A DNA stretch of 52,316 nt from Guillardia theta CCMP2712. Lineage: Eukaryota > Protista > Cryptophyta. The position numbers and the translations under genes were made by a program. Positions within the stretch are counted from its first letter, which is position 1. Each line of letters starts with the position of its first letter. Positions 28,848-40,654 of the stretch are shown one piece after another. Under the pieces are notes generated by a model, which did no database searches, had not been told where the DNA came from, and worked only from the letters and a program-made list of their open reading frames with translations. The DNA lies in the NCBI RefSeq assembly GCF_000315625.1, contig NW_005434434.1, forward strand, positions 1 through 52,316. Direction: 5' to 3'.

Positions 28848-31643
28848 ATGCAACCCCGCAGGAAACGAGGTAGAACGGATCTGTCGAGAGAGCATTTGTA
28901 CCCAGGGCACGCAGACGATGGAGGACCTGCCGTGATAACGATCTCGGACGATGACGAGGAAGTAGTTGACAAGGAAAAGGAAGCTCTGATACAGGAGCTA
29001 AATCAGACCAGAGAGGCCATGAAAACTGAAATGCAGAAAGCCAAAGATCTTGATTCCAAGTGCACCAAACTTCAAGAGCAGCTGGTTCAAAATAGAAAGA
29101 GACCTGAACAAGACCTCCGAGGAAATCATCAAGACATGGAAAAACAAACTAGATTGCTGCAGGCAAAGCTTCGTGAAAACGAAAGACTCAAGACTGAGGT
29201 CGAAAACATGAGAACAGAACTTGGCGAAACACAGAGACAGATTTTCGACGAGCAGAAGCAGCGCAAAGCCGCTGAGGAAGCCCGCGTGGCTGCTGAGAGC
29301 AAATGCTCGGAGGTGATGAAGAACAGCAAAAGCCTCGAGGCCAGTCTTGGGCAAGAGCGGAAGAGACGCGAGGAGCTGGAGGCTCGAGCTGCATCCCAGC
29401 AGGAAGAAATGGATGTCCTTCGCGAGCAGGTTCAGGAGGAGCAGACGAAGCGGAAAGGCACAAACTCGAAGTTACAGAAATTGAAGAAGCAGCACCAAGA
29501 AGAGGTCGAGGCGAAAGAGGGTCTTGAGGCCAGTCTTGGGCAAGAGCGGAAGAAACGCGAGGAGCTGGAGGCCCGAGCTGCATCCCAGCAGAAAAGCTTG
29601 CATGATCTACACGGGCAGATTGACAAGGAGCAGAAGCAGCGCAAAGCCGCTGAGGAAGCCCGCGTGGCTGCTGAGAGCAAATGCTCGGAGGTGATGAAGA
29701 ACAGCAAAAGCCTCGAGGCCAGTCTTGGGCAAGAGCGGAAGAGACGCGAGGAGCTGGAGGCCCGAGCTGCATCCCAGCAGGAAGAAATGGATGTCCTTCG
29801 CGAGCAGGTTCAGGAGGAGCAGACGAAGCGGAAAGGCACAAACTCGAAGTTACAGAAATTGAAGAAGCAGCACCAAGAAGAGGTCGAGGCGAAAGAGGGT
29901 CTTGAGGCCAGTCTTGGGCAAGAGCGGAAGAAACGCGAGGAGCTGGAGGCCCGAGCTGCATCCCAGCAGAAAAGCTTGCATGATCTACACGGGCAGATTG
30001 ACAAGGAGCAGAAGCAGCGCAAAGCCGCTGAGGAAGCCCGCGTGGCTGCTGAGAGCAAATGCTCGGAGGTGATGAAGAACAGCAAAAGCCTCGAGGCCAG
30101 TCTTGGGCAAGAGCGGAAGAGACGCGAGGAGCTGGAGGCTCGAGCTGCATCCCAGGAGGTGAGCTTCCAACAACAGCTGGGAAAGGTACAGACTGAACTC
30201 CAAACTACGCTCAAAAGTCATCAGGAGATAGATGAAATGATGAAGGGACTGCAGAAAAGACTTGTAGCGGAGCAAGCAGAGGTCGAGAGCCTCCAGGCTT
30301 CAGATCGAACCAATGTTCAAAAGATTGAAGAGCTGCGCAAAAGTCTTGCGTCGGAAAAGCAGCTGCAGGCTGATGCCCAGCAAGCACGGAAATCAGCGGA
30401 AATGAACTTCAGTACTCTCCAGGCTGACATGCAAAATGCAAAACACCAGCATCAAGCAGAGGTCCAAGCCAAGCAACAAGAGCTCGACCAGCTGCGTGAA
30501 GAACTGAACAGCTTGAAAGAAAGCCTGTCAGATGTAAAGAAGGACACGCAACGATGCAGTCCCCAACCAGTCATCACCAGTCACACCTCTGACCCCCGAC
30601 TGTTGACCCACCAGGCAGCTGCGCGAGATCCTGCGAGCTGCATCTTCAATGAGCTGTACGCGAGCTTCAAGGGCAAGCCAGGCAAACACTCGGACCCTCA
30701 CTACCGCAATCAGCTGCCGTATGATGACGCCTTCGAGATCAAAGACAGCTTGTTTGCACTCTGTGACGGAGTAGGAGAGGGAGGCTTTTGGTCTGGGATC
30801 CTCGCGAGGGAGCTTGCGCGAGAGATGACAAGGACTACCGACATGGACGCCAATCTCTTCGAAAAACTTTATTACTGCATCGACAAGATCCACAAATCTC
30901 ATATCTTGTCCGGTCAACATGTCAAAAAGCGACCGTCGTCCACCATGGTAGCGCTCAAGATCAAGCCGGGGAAATGCAACGACGAGATCAAGATCGATGC
31001 TCTCGAGCTGGGCGACAGCCAGTGGGCGCTGCTGACCGTCATTGCTTCTGAACGCAGGTAAGAGAGAGAGTTTGTGTGGGCTGGAGACTTGACAGCAAGC
31101 CGTCGGTCACTGACCTGCCTGTACAGGGTTCGCTGCAACTACCTGTCGCCCCCTCACTTCCATTCTCCGCGGGACCACGGCGAGAGACCTCCGTACCAGG
31201 CGGGGATGGACCAAGGGCACATGCGGCAGTACAGAGACAGGAAGAACGAGATCTTGCAGCGGAGGTATGCGCGATCAGGCGACATCGTCGTGGCAGGAAG
31301 CGATGGCTTCTGGGAGAACCTGGGCTCAGATGACAGAGGAAGGAGTCGAGCCCTGGAGGAGATATCGAATGAGTTACTCAAGAATTGGAATATTGCGAAA
31401 GTGGAGGAGGCATTCTGGCATTGTGGCTTCGTCCAACAGCTTGGAAGAAGATTGCAGGAGAGGACGTGGAAGAGCATGCATGGCTCGAGCGGAAAGAAGG
31501 ACGATCTGACTCTGGTCGTGTCTCGCATGTCTCGAGTGCAGCAAATGAGAGGTGTCGACGTCCGCATGGAGGGTCTTGTCAATCTTGACAGGGTGAAACA
31601 AGGGCATGATTTGTTTCAAACGGCACAAGTCCCTTCAAAATAG
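28848..31643 (+). CDS. Long coiled-coil + PTC7-type PP2C (PPM) phosphatase; one intron ~31058-31127
   Basis: DDAF, ALCDGVG, SSTMVAL, LGDSQWAL, PYQAG, GDIVVAGSDGFWENL, GKKDDLTLVV. Confidence 0.88.
29248..30156 (+). repeat. Coding tandem repeat, 378-nt (126-aa) unit, ~2.4 copies
   Basis: EQKQRKAAEEARVAAESKC... recurs at a 378-nt period with near-perfect identity. Confidence 0.95.
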
Positions 31644-31711
31644 GACCTAGAGACTGAAACCTTCATGAACTTTGTGGACAGTGCATTTGCCGTGAACAGT
31701 CCGGATGCAAT

Positions 31712-34344
31712 TTAGGTGAACTTGCACAAGTTCCGAGTCGCCAGGAGTCCGGGTCTGACAGCATTGGATGATATAGATGGCAGGCGGCCCCCGCATTCTG
31801 ATCTCTGCTGGTGCGGACTATTCTCTGACTTCATGGTTTCAAGGCTGCTGAACTTCACTAGCTGGGGTACATGATATATGAACATAACAACTTGCGATTG
31901 AACAACTTGAAATTCTACAAACATGCAACGAAGATGTCATAAGTTCCAGAAATTCTGCATACTCACAGTCAGCGAGGCTTGAAGAGTGCAGAGACTAAAG
32001 AGAGCCTGGCACCTTGAGCTGCTTCATAGTCAGGGGCGACTCCGTGAGCTCTCGAAAGCGATTCCTCTCCCTCTTTGACTCTGGGCTGCTCCTCGGCTGT
32101 AGACAAGGGATGTCAGCGGTGGCTTGCTGCTTGCCCGTAGCCTCTCACCCCTTCCCCCGGCAGAGCGCCGACTTCACAATTATCTGCAAAGACTTTGAGG
32201 AAACACAAGGAGGATGGAGAGGGAGGATGGAGGGGAGGGCGGGGGGCTGGAATTCGTTCACCTCGAGGAGACGATAGTTGCTTCCCAGGCTCTGCTTCAT
32301 CATACATGGCCGTGGTTGACAGTTTCTGAGTCTTGAGGATCTCAACAAGCGCTTGTCTTTCTTCCTTCAAGGTTCTTATGTCTGCCTCGGCTCGGCTCAG
32401 CGCCCTCTCCCTCCTCCCAAGCTGCTTCTCAGCTGCTTCAGCTCGTTGGTGCAGGGCTGCCATGTGCATCTCGACGTCTTCAGCAGCAGCTGGCAGCCTC
32501 TGAGCTCGCAGAGCAACCACTTCCTCCTCCAACTTGCGCATGCGGGCTTCCGCTTCAACCCTCCCTCGTTCTGCTGCTTCTGCTCGCGCTTCGGCCTCCA
32601 TCCTCCCCTTGATCGCCGCGTCCTTGCTCTGGACGCACGACGCCACCTCCTGCTCGAGAGCCTCACATCGTTTCTGCCATTGCCCGATGCTCGCCTCCGC
32701 TGCCACAAGTTTCTGAGCCCACCAAGGCCATCAGACAATCGTCGGAAGAGGAGATTAGTCACCTGAATGAGGGAAGCCACGTTGCCGCCGATGCTCCCGG
32801 AGTTGGTCAGGCTCCGCTCCGCTGGCAGATGGTAACTGCTAGATGCATGCTGCGAGCTCCTCCAGTGCTCCTCGTCAGCAGCATGGAACCGCTGCTGCAG
32901 CTCCGCGTAAGGGCGGTGAGGGTCGAAAGGGAACCGGACGACTCGAGCATCGTGATCTAGAGCGCAGACTGTCGCCGCGCCCATCGCCACCGCCCTGTCA
33001 ATGTCGAGGGTCTTCTTAACAGAGCAGTCCTTGAAGTTGTTTGCGATGTTGTGCACAATTTCTTGAATCCGGGGGATCCTTGTCAGGCCCCCCAGCAACA
33101 CAATCTCATCAGGTCCATGCCCCCCCCCAGCCCCCATGATCTCTTGCTCAAGGTCGACCACAGCATCGAAGACGTAGGAGCACTCCCGCTCGAAGTCTTC
33201 AAGGGTGAGCATGAGAGCAAGATCCTTCCCGTCCACGGCGCTGTCAACCTCTATCATGGCCTGTTGAGATCATCCGTTAGCCCTCCCTCCCTCCCCTTGA
33301 TCCCGCTCACCTCCTCCGCCACAGTCAGGATCTTAACAGCACTCCTCACTTCCTTGCGGAGCTTGAAGATGGCAGGCTTGCAAGTGACCAGGCTCTCCTG
33401 GAATGGCTTGCGCTTCTCACACCTGCACTCGCACTCAGAGCAGATCTCGATGCCCACAACTCCCACCACAGAATGATCCTATTGACCAGCTCGTCCCCTC
33501 CCACAAACACGTTGGTCCGCGCTGCCCTCTCTACAAGCGTGAAGCCACGATCCCCCTTAACCACCTCAAAGTGCGAGATCGTCAGCTTGCTCGAGCCGAA
33601 ATCCACAATCTGAAAGCTCAGGGGGTCGACGACGTTGCTACAGACATGCTGGACAGCTGCAGCGAGGTTCTCGTTCATGACCTTGACCTGCACGCCCTTC
33701 CCGAGGTATTTCTTCACCGCATCTTCTGCCGCACTCTGTACGACTCTCCTCTGAGATGCTGAGAAGCATTCCGGAACGGAGACTCCAAAGTGCCTCCACA
33801 CCGTCGGCCTCCCGTCGGTTGTCTCAAGAGCCCCACCAGCCTTGATGGCGTCCAGGAGGTTTGAGCACACGGCAGACATCAAGTTGGTGATCACTGTCGT
33901 GACAGGGATGAAGCCATCGGTTGTCTTGTACATACAACATTCGAACTCCACGTCGCCACTGAGCTCATTGACCGCCTTCCTCTCCTTGTCCACTAGCTCC
34001 ACGTCGAAGTGCCACAAATCCTTCAGCATCGACGCCAACTGCCTCGCGTTACCGTCCATGCAGTACAGGAGCTTTCTGTGTGCACAGAGTACATCCTTGC
34101 ACCTCTTCGCCGACCTTGATTCGGCTCGTTGTCCAACCAGAATCTCCTCACCCAACTCTCCCACTCCCCTCTTCCCGCAGTTCACAGCGATGGAGGAGGA
34201 GAGAGTCTTCGATCCTAATAGCTCCAGAGGGAGGGAAACGTTCTTCTCATGGTCGTATACTGCTACCACACACTTCTCCGACCCCATGTCCACTCCCACG
34301 CTCAGCTCCCGCCCCTCCATGCCCTCTCCTCCCGATCCCACCAT
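31712..34344 (-). CDS. Divergent Hsp70-family nucleotide-binding domain fused to a C-terminal coiled coil, multi-exon
   Basis: GVDMGS, VSVPECFSASQR, VMNENLAAA, VDFGSS, GGDELVNRI, IVLLGGLTRIPRIQ, DRAVAMGAA. Short introns reconcile the ORF-track frames. The 3' exons are less certain. Confidence 0.82.
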
Positions 34345-34924
34345 CTTCCAGCCCCGACCCCAACACGCCTGCAAAATGTAACGGACGTCTAAAACTTGTT
34401 TTTAAATGTCCTCGCAGTTTTCAAATTAATCAATCGAAGTTTTAGAAATATCAAAACATTATTTGAAAATTCTACAAAGCTCCCGTTATTTCACGGTTAC
34501 AAAGTTGTGGGTCCGCCTCACTGTTAATGTGTTGAGTGAAAATACGACCCGCCATGAACTCAAGGGACGGAGCAGTCGCAAGAGGAGGCGGAGAAGGAGG
34601 AGGAGGAGGAGGAGGAGGAGATGGTAGAGGAGCGATTCATAAGGACGATTATTTGTCATGAGTTCTTGTAGTCGAAGTTCTTGAAGGTACAGGATAGCCG
34701 CCTTGAGTACAGAGCGTGTTTGTTGGGTTGTTGCAGGGTAGTCGGAATTCCGATAGATCGCAAACAGAAGTCATCCATGTGCATGAGCAACCGAATATGA
34801 TATGGACAAAGGATTCGTGGTTATGAAATGTTCAGAAAGAACATATCCTCTGCCGGCTCAGTCACGATTTCATCTGCCTTTCCAAACCATCAGTTTGTTG
34901 AACTAATAACGTGGTCCCAAAAAG

Positions 34925-35380
34925 ATGATGACAGGAGGAGCTGGAGCGGAGCAGAATGTGACGGCAGAGGAGAAGTCGATTGTGATGTGCATGCTATGCC
35001 CTTGATGTGTGTTGACCACGAACCCTGCAGGTAGAGAAAGTCTGGCCCGAGGTGTTGAAGCAGCGACAGAAGGAGTATGTCTCTTACGAGCCAAAGACGT
35101 TCAAAGCGCAGGTGAGGGGGTCTTCATGCCCCTCTCAATTCCTCCTCATGTGACCTCCTCTAGGTTGTCGCTGGGATGAACTACTTCGTCAAGGTGATGG
35201 CCAAGACCGCGAGCGGCGAAGAGTGCTTCGTCCTCAAGATCTACAAGGTACGTCGATGAGAAGACAGAAGGCAGGAAGAGTGAGACTAGTGTTCTCCAGC
35301 CCCTCCCGCACATGGGAAGCGATCTCCAGTTATCAGGGATCAAGGAATCTTCTGCATCTGATGCCATCGAGCACTTCTAG
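34925..35380 (+). CDS. Stefin (type 1 cystatin) cysteine-protease inhibitor, 4 exons
   Basis: Spliced MMTGGAG...KTFKAQ|VVAGMNYFVKV...LKIYK|PLPHMGSDLQLSGI...DAIEHF*: N-terminal GG, QVVAG and PLPH motifs. Confidence 0.93.
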
Positions 35381-35569
35381 TGCTACAAGTATCACATGGG
35401 CACTGCGGCAACCCAGTTTCGTTTCAACGGTAACCATCAGGATCGATGTCCCAAACAAGTCCCTTATCTCAAAGCTGAATGAACTTTGAACCATCTGCTA
35501 AATATCTCGTCTGTTTCTTCTCGATGTGCAATGAAAGCGCTACTCCAATCATTGCGGCACTCATCAGGA

Positions 35570-35815
35570 TCCCGGCCGGGCATAATTTCCCACCGTACTC
35601 CCGGAGCCGCTCCTGCGAGCAGTACGGTGCCTGGGCCCACCGGCCCGGCCGCATGTCCCTGGGCCGGGCCCACTGATGACTCAGTCAGTCCGCTGGCTCA
35701 GCGGGCCTGTCCGTCCGATCGGATCATGATCGGAGCCTGGGAGGGCCGCGGCCGCCCGGCCGCGCGCCCGGCTGATGATGATCCAACTCCAACCTCTGCG
35801 GCGCCCGACCTGCAC
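35570..35815. promoter_or_regulatory. GC-rich island immediately upstream of RABL3
   Basis: CCGG-dense; ends just before the ATG at 35827. Confidence 0.5.
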
Positions 35816-35826
35816 AGCTAGCGGTG

Positions 35827-37240
35827 ATGGCGATGGAGAAAGGTGGAAGGGAACGACTGCGGCTGCTGGTGATGGGAGACTCGGGTAAGAGCAAGAGGAG
35901 GAGGAGGGAGAAAGATACGGGGAGAGGAGGGAGAAGAAGAGAAGAACAGAGAATGGAGGAGGGAAGGGGGAGGAAGGAGGAAGGAGCCGGGAGGAAGGAG
36001 GAAGCGAGGATGAAAGGAGAGGAGCACAGATATTGGAAGGAAAGAGGGAGGGGAAAGAAGCAGAGGGATGGATAGGGGGTGAGGGGGAGGGGGAGGGGGA
36101 GACAACGATAACGATTGAAGGAGCGAGATAAATGTGTGGATGAAGATGGGAAGATCGGGGAGTTGGTGGACATACACTGGGCTAACCGCCCGCCAGGAGT
36201 GGGCAAGACATCGTTGATGCACCTGATCTGCGAAGGGGAGGAATTGAGAAGGCCTCGGTCAACAGTGGGATGTACCGTCCACATGAAGGTACGCTCCATG
36301 GTGCCTCTGCCTCCCCGCCATGATCCTCTCCTCTCCTCCACAGCTCCATGAATCGAAGCTGTTGCCGGGGAAGACTGCCTTCGTTGAGTTCTGGGATCTT
36401 GGGGGGTCTGCTCGGTTTCAGGTGCAGGAGGAGGAGGAGGAGGAGGAGTTTTGGGGGGTGGGGGAAGTGACAAGTCGCTTCAGACTAGCAGACAGGTGTT
36501 CTACTCTAACGCTGTGGATGGCGTCATTCTTGTCCATGACGTCACCAACTCGATATCCCGAAGGTTCGACCCTCACACGTCTACTCTGGTTGACTGGCAA
36601 CTCGGCAGGAACCTGGAGAAATGGAAGCAGGAATGGACGCAGCATGCGTCGGGAGCAGGCGGTGCAGGGAGCTGGGATCGGACGTGGGGAGATGATGTCA
36701 TGGGGTCACCGGACTTCAAACGGTCGACCATACAGCGAGCACCGAGCTTGTTCGTTCCAACGCTCACGGTGCTGGTGTGCTGTTTGTTGCCGTCCCTTGT
36801 AACATCCTCCTCCGACAGATCGGGAACAAGATCGACCTGCAGGGTTCCAAGCAGATGATGTCGGAGGAGATGGAGGCTGGAGACTACCAGGAGATCAGCA
36901 CGTGCGCGAACAGGTTGTGTGTGGCGGTCCAGAAGGCTCTGAGTGACCGCCATGGCTGCAGGTCATCTGGCACTCAAGACTACGAAAGCCTCGTCCTCCG
37001 CATCGACTCGTTCATCGACAAGTACGGCAGCTCCTTGCCCCATCACCCGCCCGATGTGACAGGCGTGCAGGGTTCTTGAGGCTAAGGTTCAGAGCGGGTA
37101 CGCGAGCAAGGGATCGTCGATGGTCAACTCTGGTGAGAGAGGATCAGTCAGGGGTCGGTGAAGGAGTTGACGTCGGGGCTGCAGTGAACTCTCCCATGTC
37201 ACTAGAGTACCGCAAGAGCACTTTCGACAAGGACAAGTAG
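35827..37240 (+). CDS. RABL3: Rab-like 3 / LIP1-type small GTPase, multi-exon
   Basis: LLVMGDSG|VGKTSLMHLIC, STVGCTVHMK, FVEFWDLGGS, SRQVFY..DGVILVHDVTN, IGNKIDL; no C-terminal prenylation Cys. Confidence 0.88.
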
Positions 37241-37302
37241 CCTTGCAAGCATAGTGTACTGCACGTCATACACCTAGCTGCTACAGTTCAAACCTCATGG
37301 AT

Positions 37303-39441
37303 TTACCGTCTACGGGGCATCGGTCGTCCCCTTCCTCGCATCCTCCTTCCGCCGCCACCTCTTCCTCCTCCTCCCTGCTCCTCTGCTTGGGGATTCTTGA
37401 TGGTCTCGTCCACGCTGAGGATGAGACACGCTGCCTCTGTGGCGGCTCCGATGGCAGACAACTTGACCTGGAGGACAGGTCAGAAGGGTGAGAGCAGCAG
37501 CGAGTGAGAGGACCTGGAGGGGCTCCCACACAAACTTCTCGTAGCAGTCGCAGATGCCGTCGTTGTCCACGTCCACCCCAAACCAACGGCCTTGTTCCCC
37601 TGCCGCTACGTGCTTCTGACGGAGACGGTTGAGGATGTCGGTCGAGTCGAAGCCTGCGTTGTCGGAGAGCTGCCGGGGGATGACCTCGAAGGCCTTGGCG
37701 TAGCTGTTGATGACTAGCTGTGCCTTGCCGTAGATCTGCCTCGCATGCATCCTCAAGAACTTGGAGAGCTCCATCTCGATCGCTCCTCCTCCCGGAACAA
37801 TCTTGGAGTTCTTCAGTGCTCTCCTCACGATCATAACCGAGTCGTGGATAGATCTCTCTGTCTCCGCGATAAATTGCTCCGCACCACCGCGGAGAACGAT
37901 TGTAGTCGTCTTCCCCTCAGGACAGTCGGAGAAGATGTTGTACCTCTCATCTCCGATCTGGACCTCCTCGAACTTCCCACAGCTTCCAATGACATCTGGG
38001 CTCAGATTGTGAATGGACGTCTGGACTGCACCACCGCAGGCCTTGACGACTCTGCGCATGTCCTCGTCCGGCACCCTTCCAGCACAGAAGATGTTCCTGT
38101 CTGCGAAGTACTGCGTCGCGAGATCCCCGATGGCAAGACGGGAGAGGACAACCTTGGCTCCACTCTTGACAATCTTGTCCAGCTTCTCATAAATGATATT
38201 CCACTCTGCATCCACGATAGATTGATACTGCTCGGGATCAGTCAGACGAATCTCCGCGTTCTCCTTCTCAGACTTGAGCTCTAGCTCGACATTCAGCATG
38301 CAGACTTTGGGGTGGTCAAATATCTTGGGCTGCTGCTCGAATCCTGCGTATGAGAATGTCTTCTTGAACGCGACACCCTTGACAAGGAAGGAATCCTGCG
38401 AAGCTGTTCAGGTTCGACAACACGAGCGCCTAACTCCACCTCGAGGGTTCCTCCAGGAACCTTCTTGATACCAATCATGTCGAGCGGAAGATCTTCATCC
38501 AGAGAAAGCACCGCATCAACCACGATCGGAGCAAAGAAGTCCTTCTGGTGACTGATCAGTTTGGAGTTGAGGCTCGTGGCTGCACATCGGATCAAGAGAT
38601 CCCTCTTCTCTCTGCACAGCCAGTCAATGGTCTCCAGTCTGCATGCACATGTTCCTCTCACTTCTCATCTTGACGAGAAATGTCAATGGACCACTCCTTG
38701 AGCTTCTCGATCGCCTACAAACAAAGTTGCGTGTCAGCGCAGGTGTTAACCCGTTGAATTCCCAGTTTTGCTTTCACGAAGATAAAGAGAACCGAAGTGA
38801 AAGAAGCAAATAGTTTTCACCAGTCTGGACGCTTCTCTGTAGCTCTTGATGATGATCTGAGGGTGTACTCCCTCCTCCACATACTGCTTTGCCTCCTTCA
38901 AGAACTCGTTCGCCAACACAACGACACTGGTGGTTCCATCTCCAGCCTGAAACATTTCATACTCAGATCCTACGAGCACAAATTTTGTGTAATTTGTATT
39001 GCTGTTAGAACAAAGCACAATATGATCGGTCCCAGTGATCACGCATGGTAAACGCGTGGTGATACAAGATACGTGCTTCTCAAATACAACAGATGGTGAC
39101 TGCAACGAAGGGGTTTGAGGTTTGACATCCATGAGCGAGCGAGAGGCAAGGGGTCAGCAGGGTCAGCATACCTCATTGTCCTGAGACTTTGCGATGTCAA
39201 CCATAGTCTGGGCAGCTGGATGGATGATATCGAGTGTCTTCACAATGGTTGCACCATCGTTGGAAACAACAACTTTGTTGTCAGTGTGGATGAGCTTGTC
39301 CATTCCTCGAGGACCGAGAGTTGTTCGGACAATGTCGGCGACAGCAGCGACAGCATTTATGTTGGAGACCAGCTGAGGTTTCCCCTGCGACGTGTCCGCT
39401 CCTTCGCGCAGCAGCACGACCTGCGGCTGCATGCCCATCAT
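37303..39441 (-). CDS. CCT7: T-complex protein 1 subunit eta
   Basis: [84 protein letters not shown], Gly/Arg tail. Confidence 0.97.
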
Positions 39442-39469
39442 GTTTCCTCCTCGCGCGGGAAGCAAACGA

Positions 39470-40125
39470 ATTTGGGGGGGTGGGGGTACTATCTTGGGGG
39501 TGGGGATTATTTGAGGGTCAGCAATCTCATTGTTGGGTACTATTCAAGGGGGTAGTCAGGGCTTCATCTACCCCTGCTTCGAGCCCAGACCCTGCATAAA
39601 GAAGAGAGTGGGAGAGTTTACCACGGGTCCTTATAGAGAATGTGTGAGGCCAGTGGGGTGGGGGTCATCCTTCGATTTTTCCCTCCAAAACTGAATCAGT
39701 TAACTCCCTGCCCGTCGATTCCAGAGTGTAGGGGTGGGGTCAGAAATCAAGGGGTAGGGGTGAAAGATATTGTGGAGAAATAAGGTTTTACACCAGTAGA
39801 ATGTAGGGTAGGGGTACCTGAAATCAGTGCAGATAGAGGGTAGGGTAGGATAGACACGGGTGGCTAGTTCCTAGTGTTCATATTTCAAAGTTTCAAAAGT
39901 TCGATAACTTAAACTCTTCGTGTCTCGCTCCCAAACTTGATAGTCACAAAGTTTCCCAACGGTTCACTCAGTAACTCAGACCACTGGGCCAGGACGGCCG
40001 GGCGGCCCGCCGGGCGGCCGATCACACTTGAACCGTGAAGCGTGAACGGCGGCCCCGACTGACGAGCCCGACGACCTGGTCACAACTTTCCAAGATGTGC
40101 CTCCTGAGTCCCGGCCCGGGGTTCA
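39470..40125. promoter_or_regulatory. GGGGT-rich tract + GC core upstream of CCT7
   Basis: Reverse-orientation version of the ACCCC/GC module. Confidence 0.45.
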
Positions 40126-40516
40126 GTTTAACTGAACTTTGAGTAGATTTAAGTCACATGAAAAGTTGCAGTGCCAGCCCCACTGGCGGCGATCACGTGA
40201 TAACTGTGCCACTGGGTAAAAGAGTAAGATCTGCGTCATCACCTTCGACACCTTGCATGGTGTCGAGGTACTGCCGCGGGCCCTTGCTGTGCAGCACCGC
40301 CATGGTTGCCGCTCGGCGATCGGAGCGGCCCATCTGCGTTCTCCTCTTCTCGTTCTCGTCGACAATGATCTTATGACCGCTTCGTCTGTCGATCATCATG
40401 ATCGGTGAAGTAGTCAACTGTCTGTAAGTGGGGATACGATTAGGGCGAGGACGAGAAGTGCGAGGGTAAGAAGCGAAGTACAAGTCGAGGAGCTGTGGAA
40501 CAGATCAGTTCATGTT

Positions 40517-40642
40517 ACAAGATATTTTTATCATCTCACACCTCATCTTAACAAGATACTTTATCATCTCACACCTCATCTTAACAAGATACTTTATCAT
40601 CTCACACCTCATCTTAACAAGATACTTTATCATCTCACACCT
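40517..40642. repeat. 33-bp tandem repeat, ~3.8 copies, just downstream of the giant gene's stop
   Basis: Unit ACAAGATACTTTATCATCTCACACCTCATCTTA, no spacers. Confidence 0.95.
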
Positions 40643-40654
40643 TCTCTTCACTTC

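Noticed and set aside
33420-33470. Frameshift in the Hsp70-like gene
   Set aside because: A 44-nt GT-AG intron restores the frame.
40517-40642. 33-bp repeats as a CRISPR, and ORF 40512-41030 as a gene
   Set aside because: Head-to-tail units without spacers; the ORF is antisense to the SAM/kinase end.
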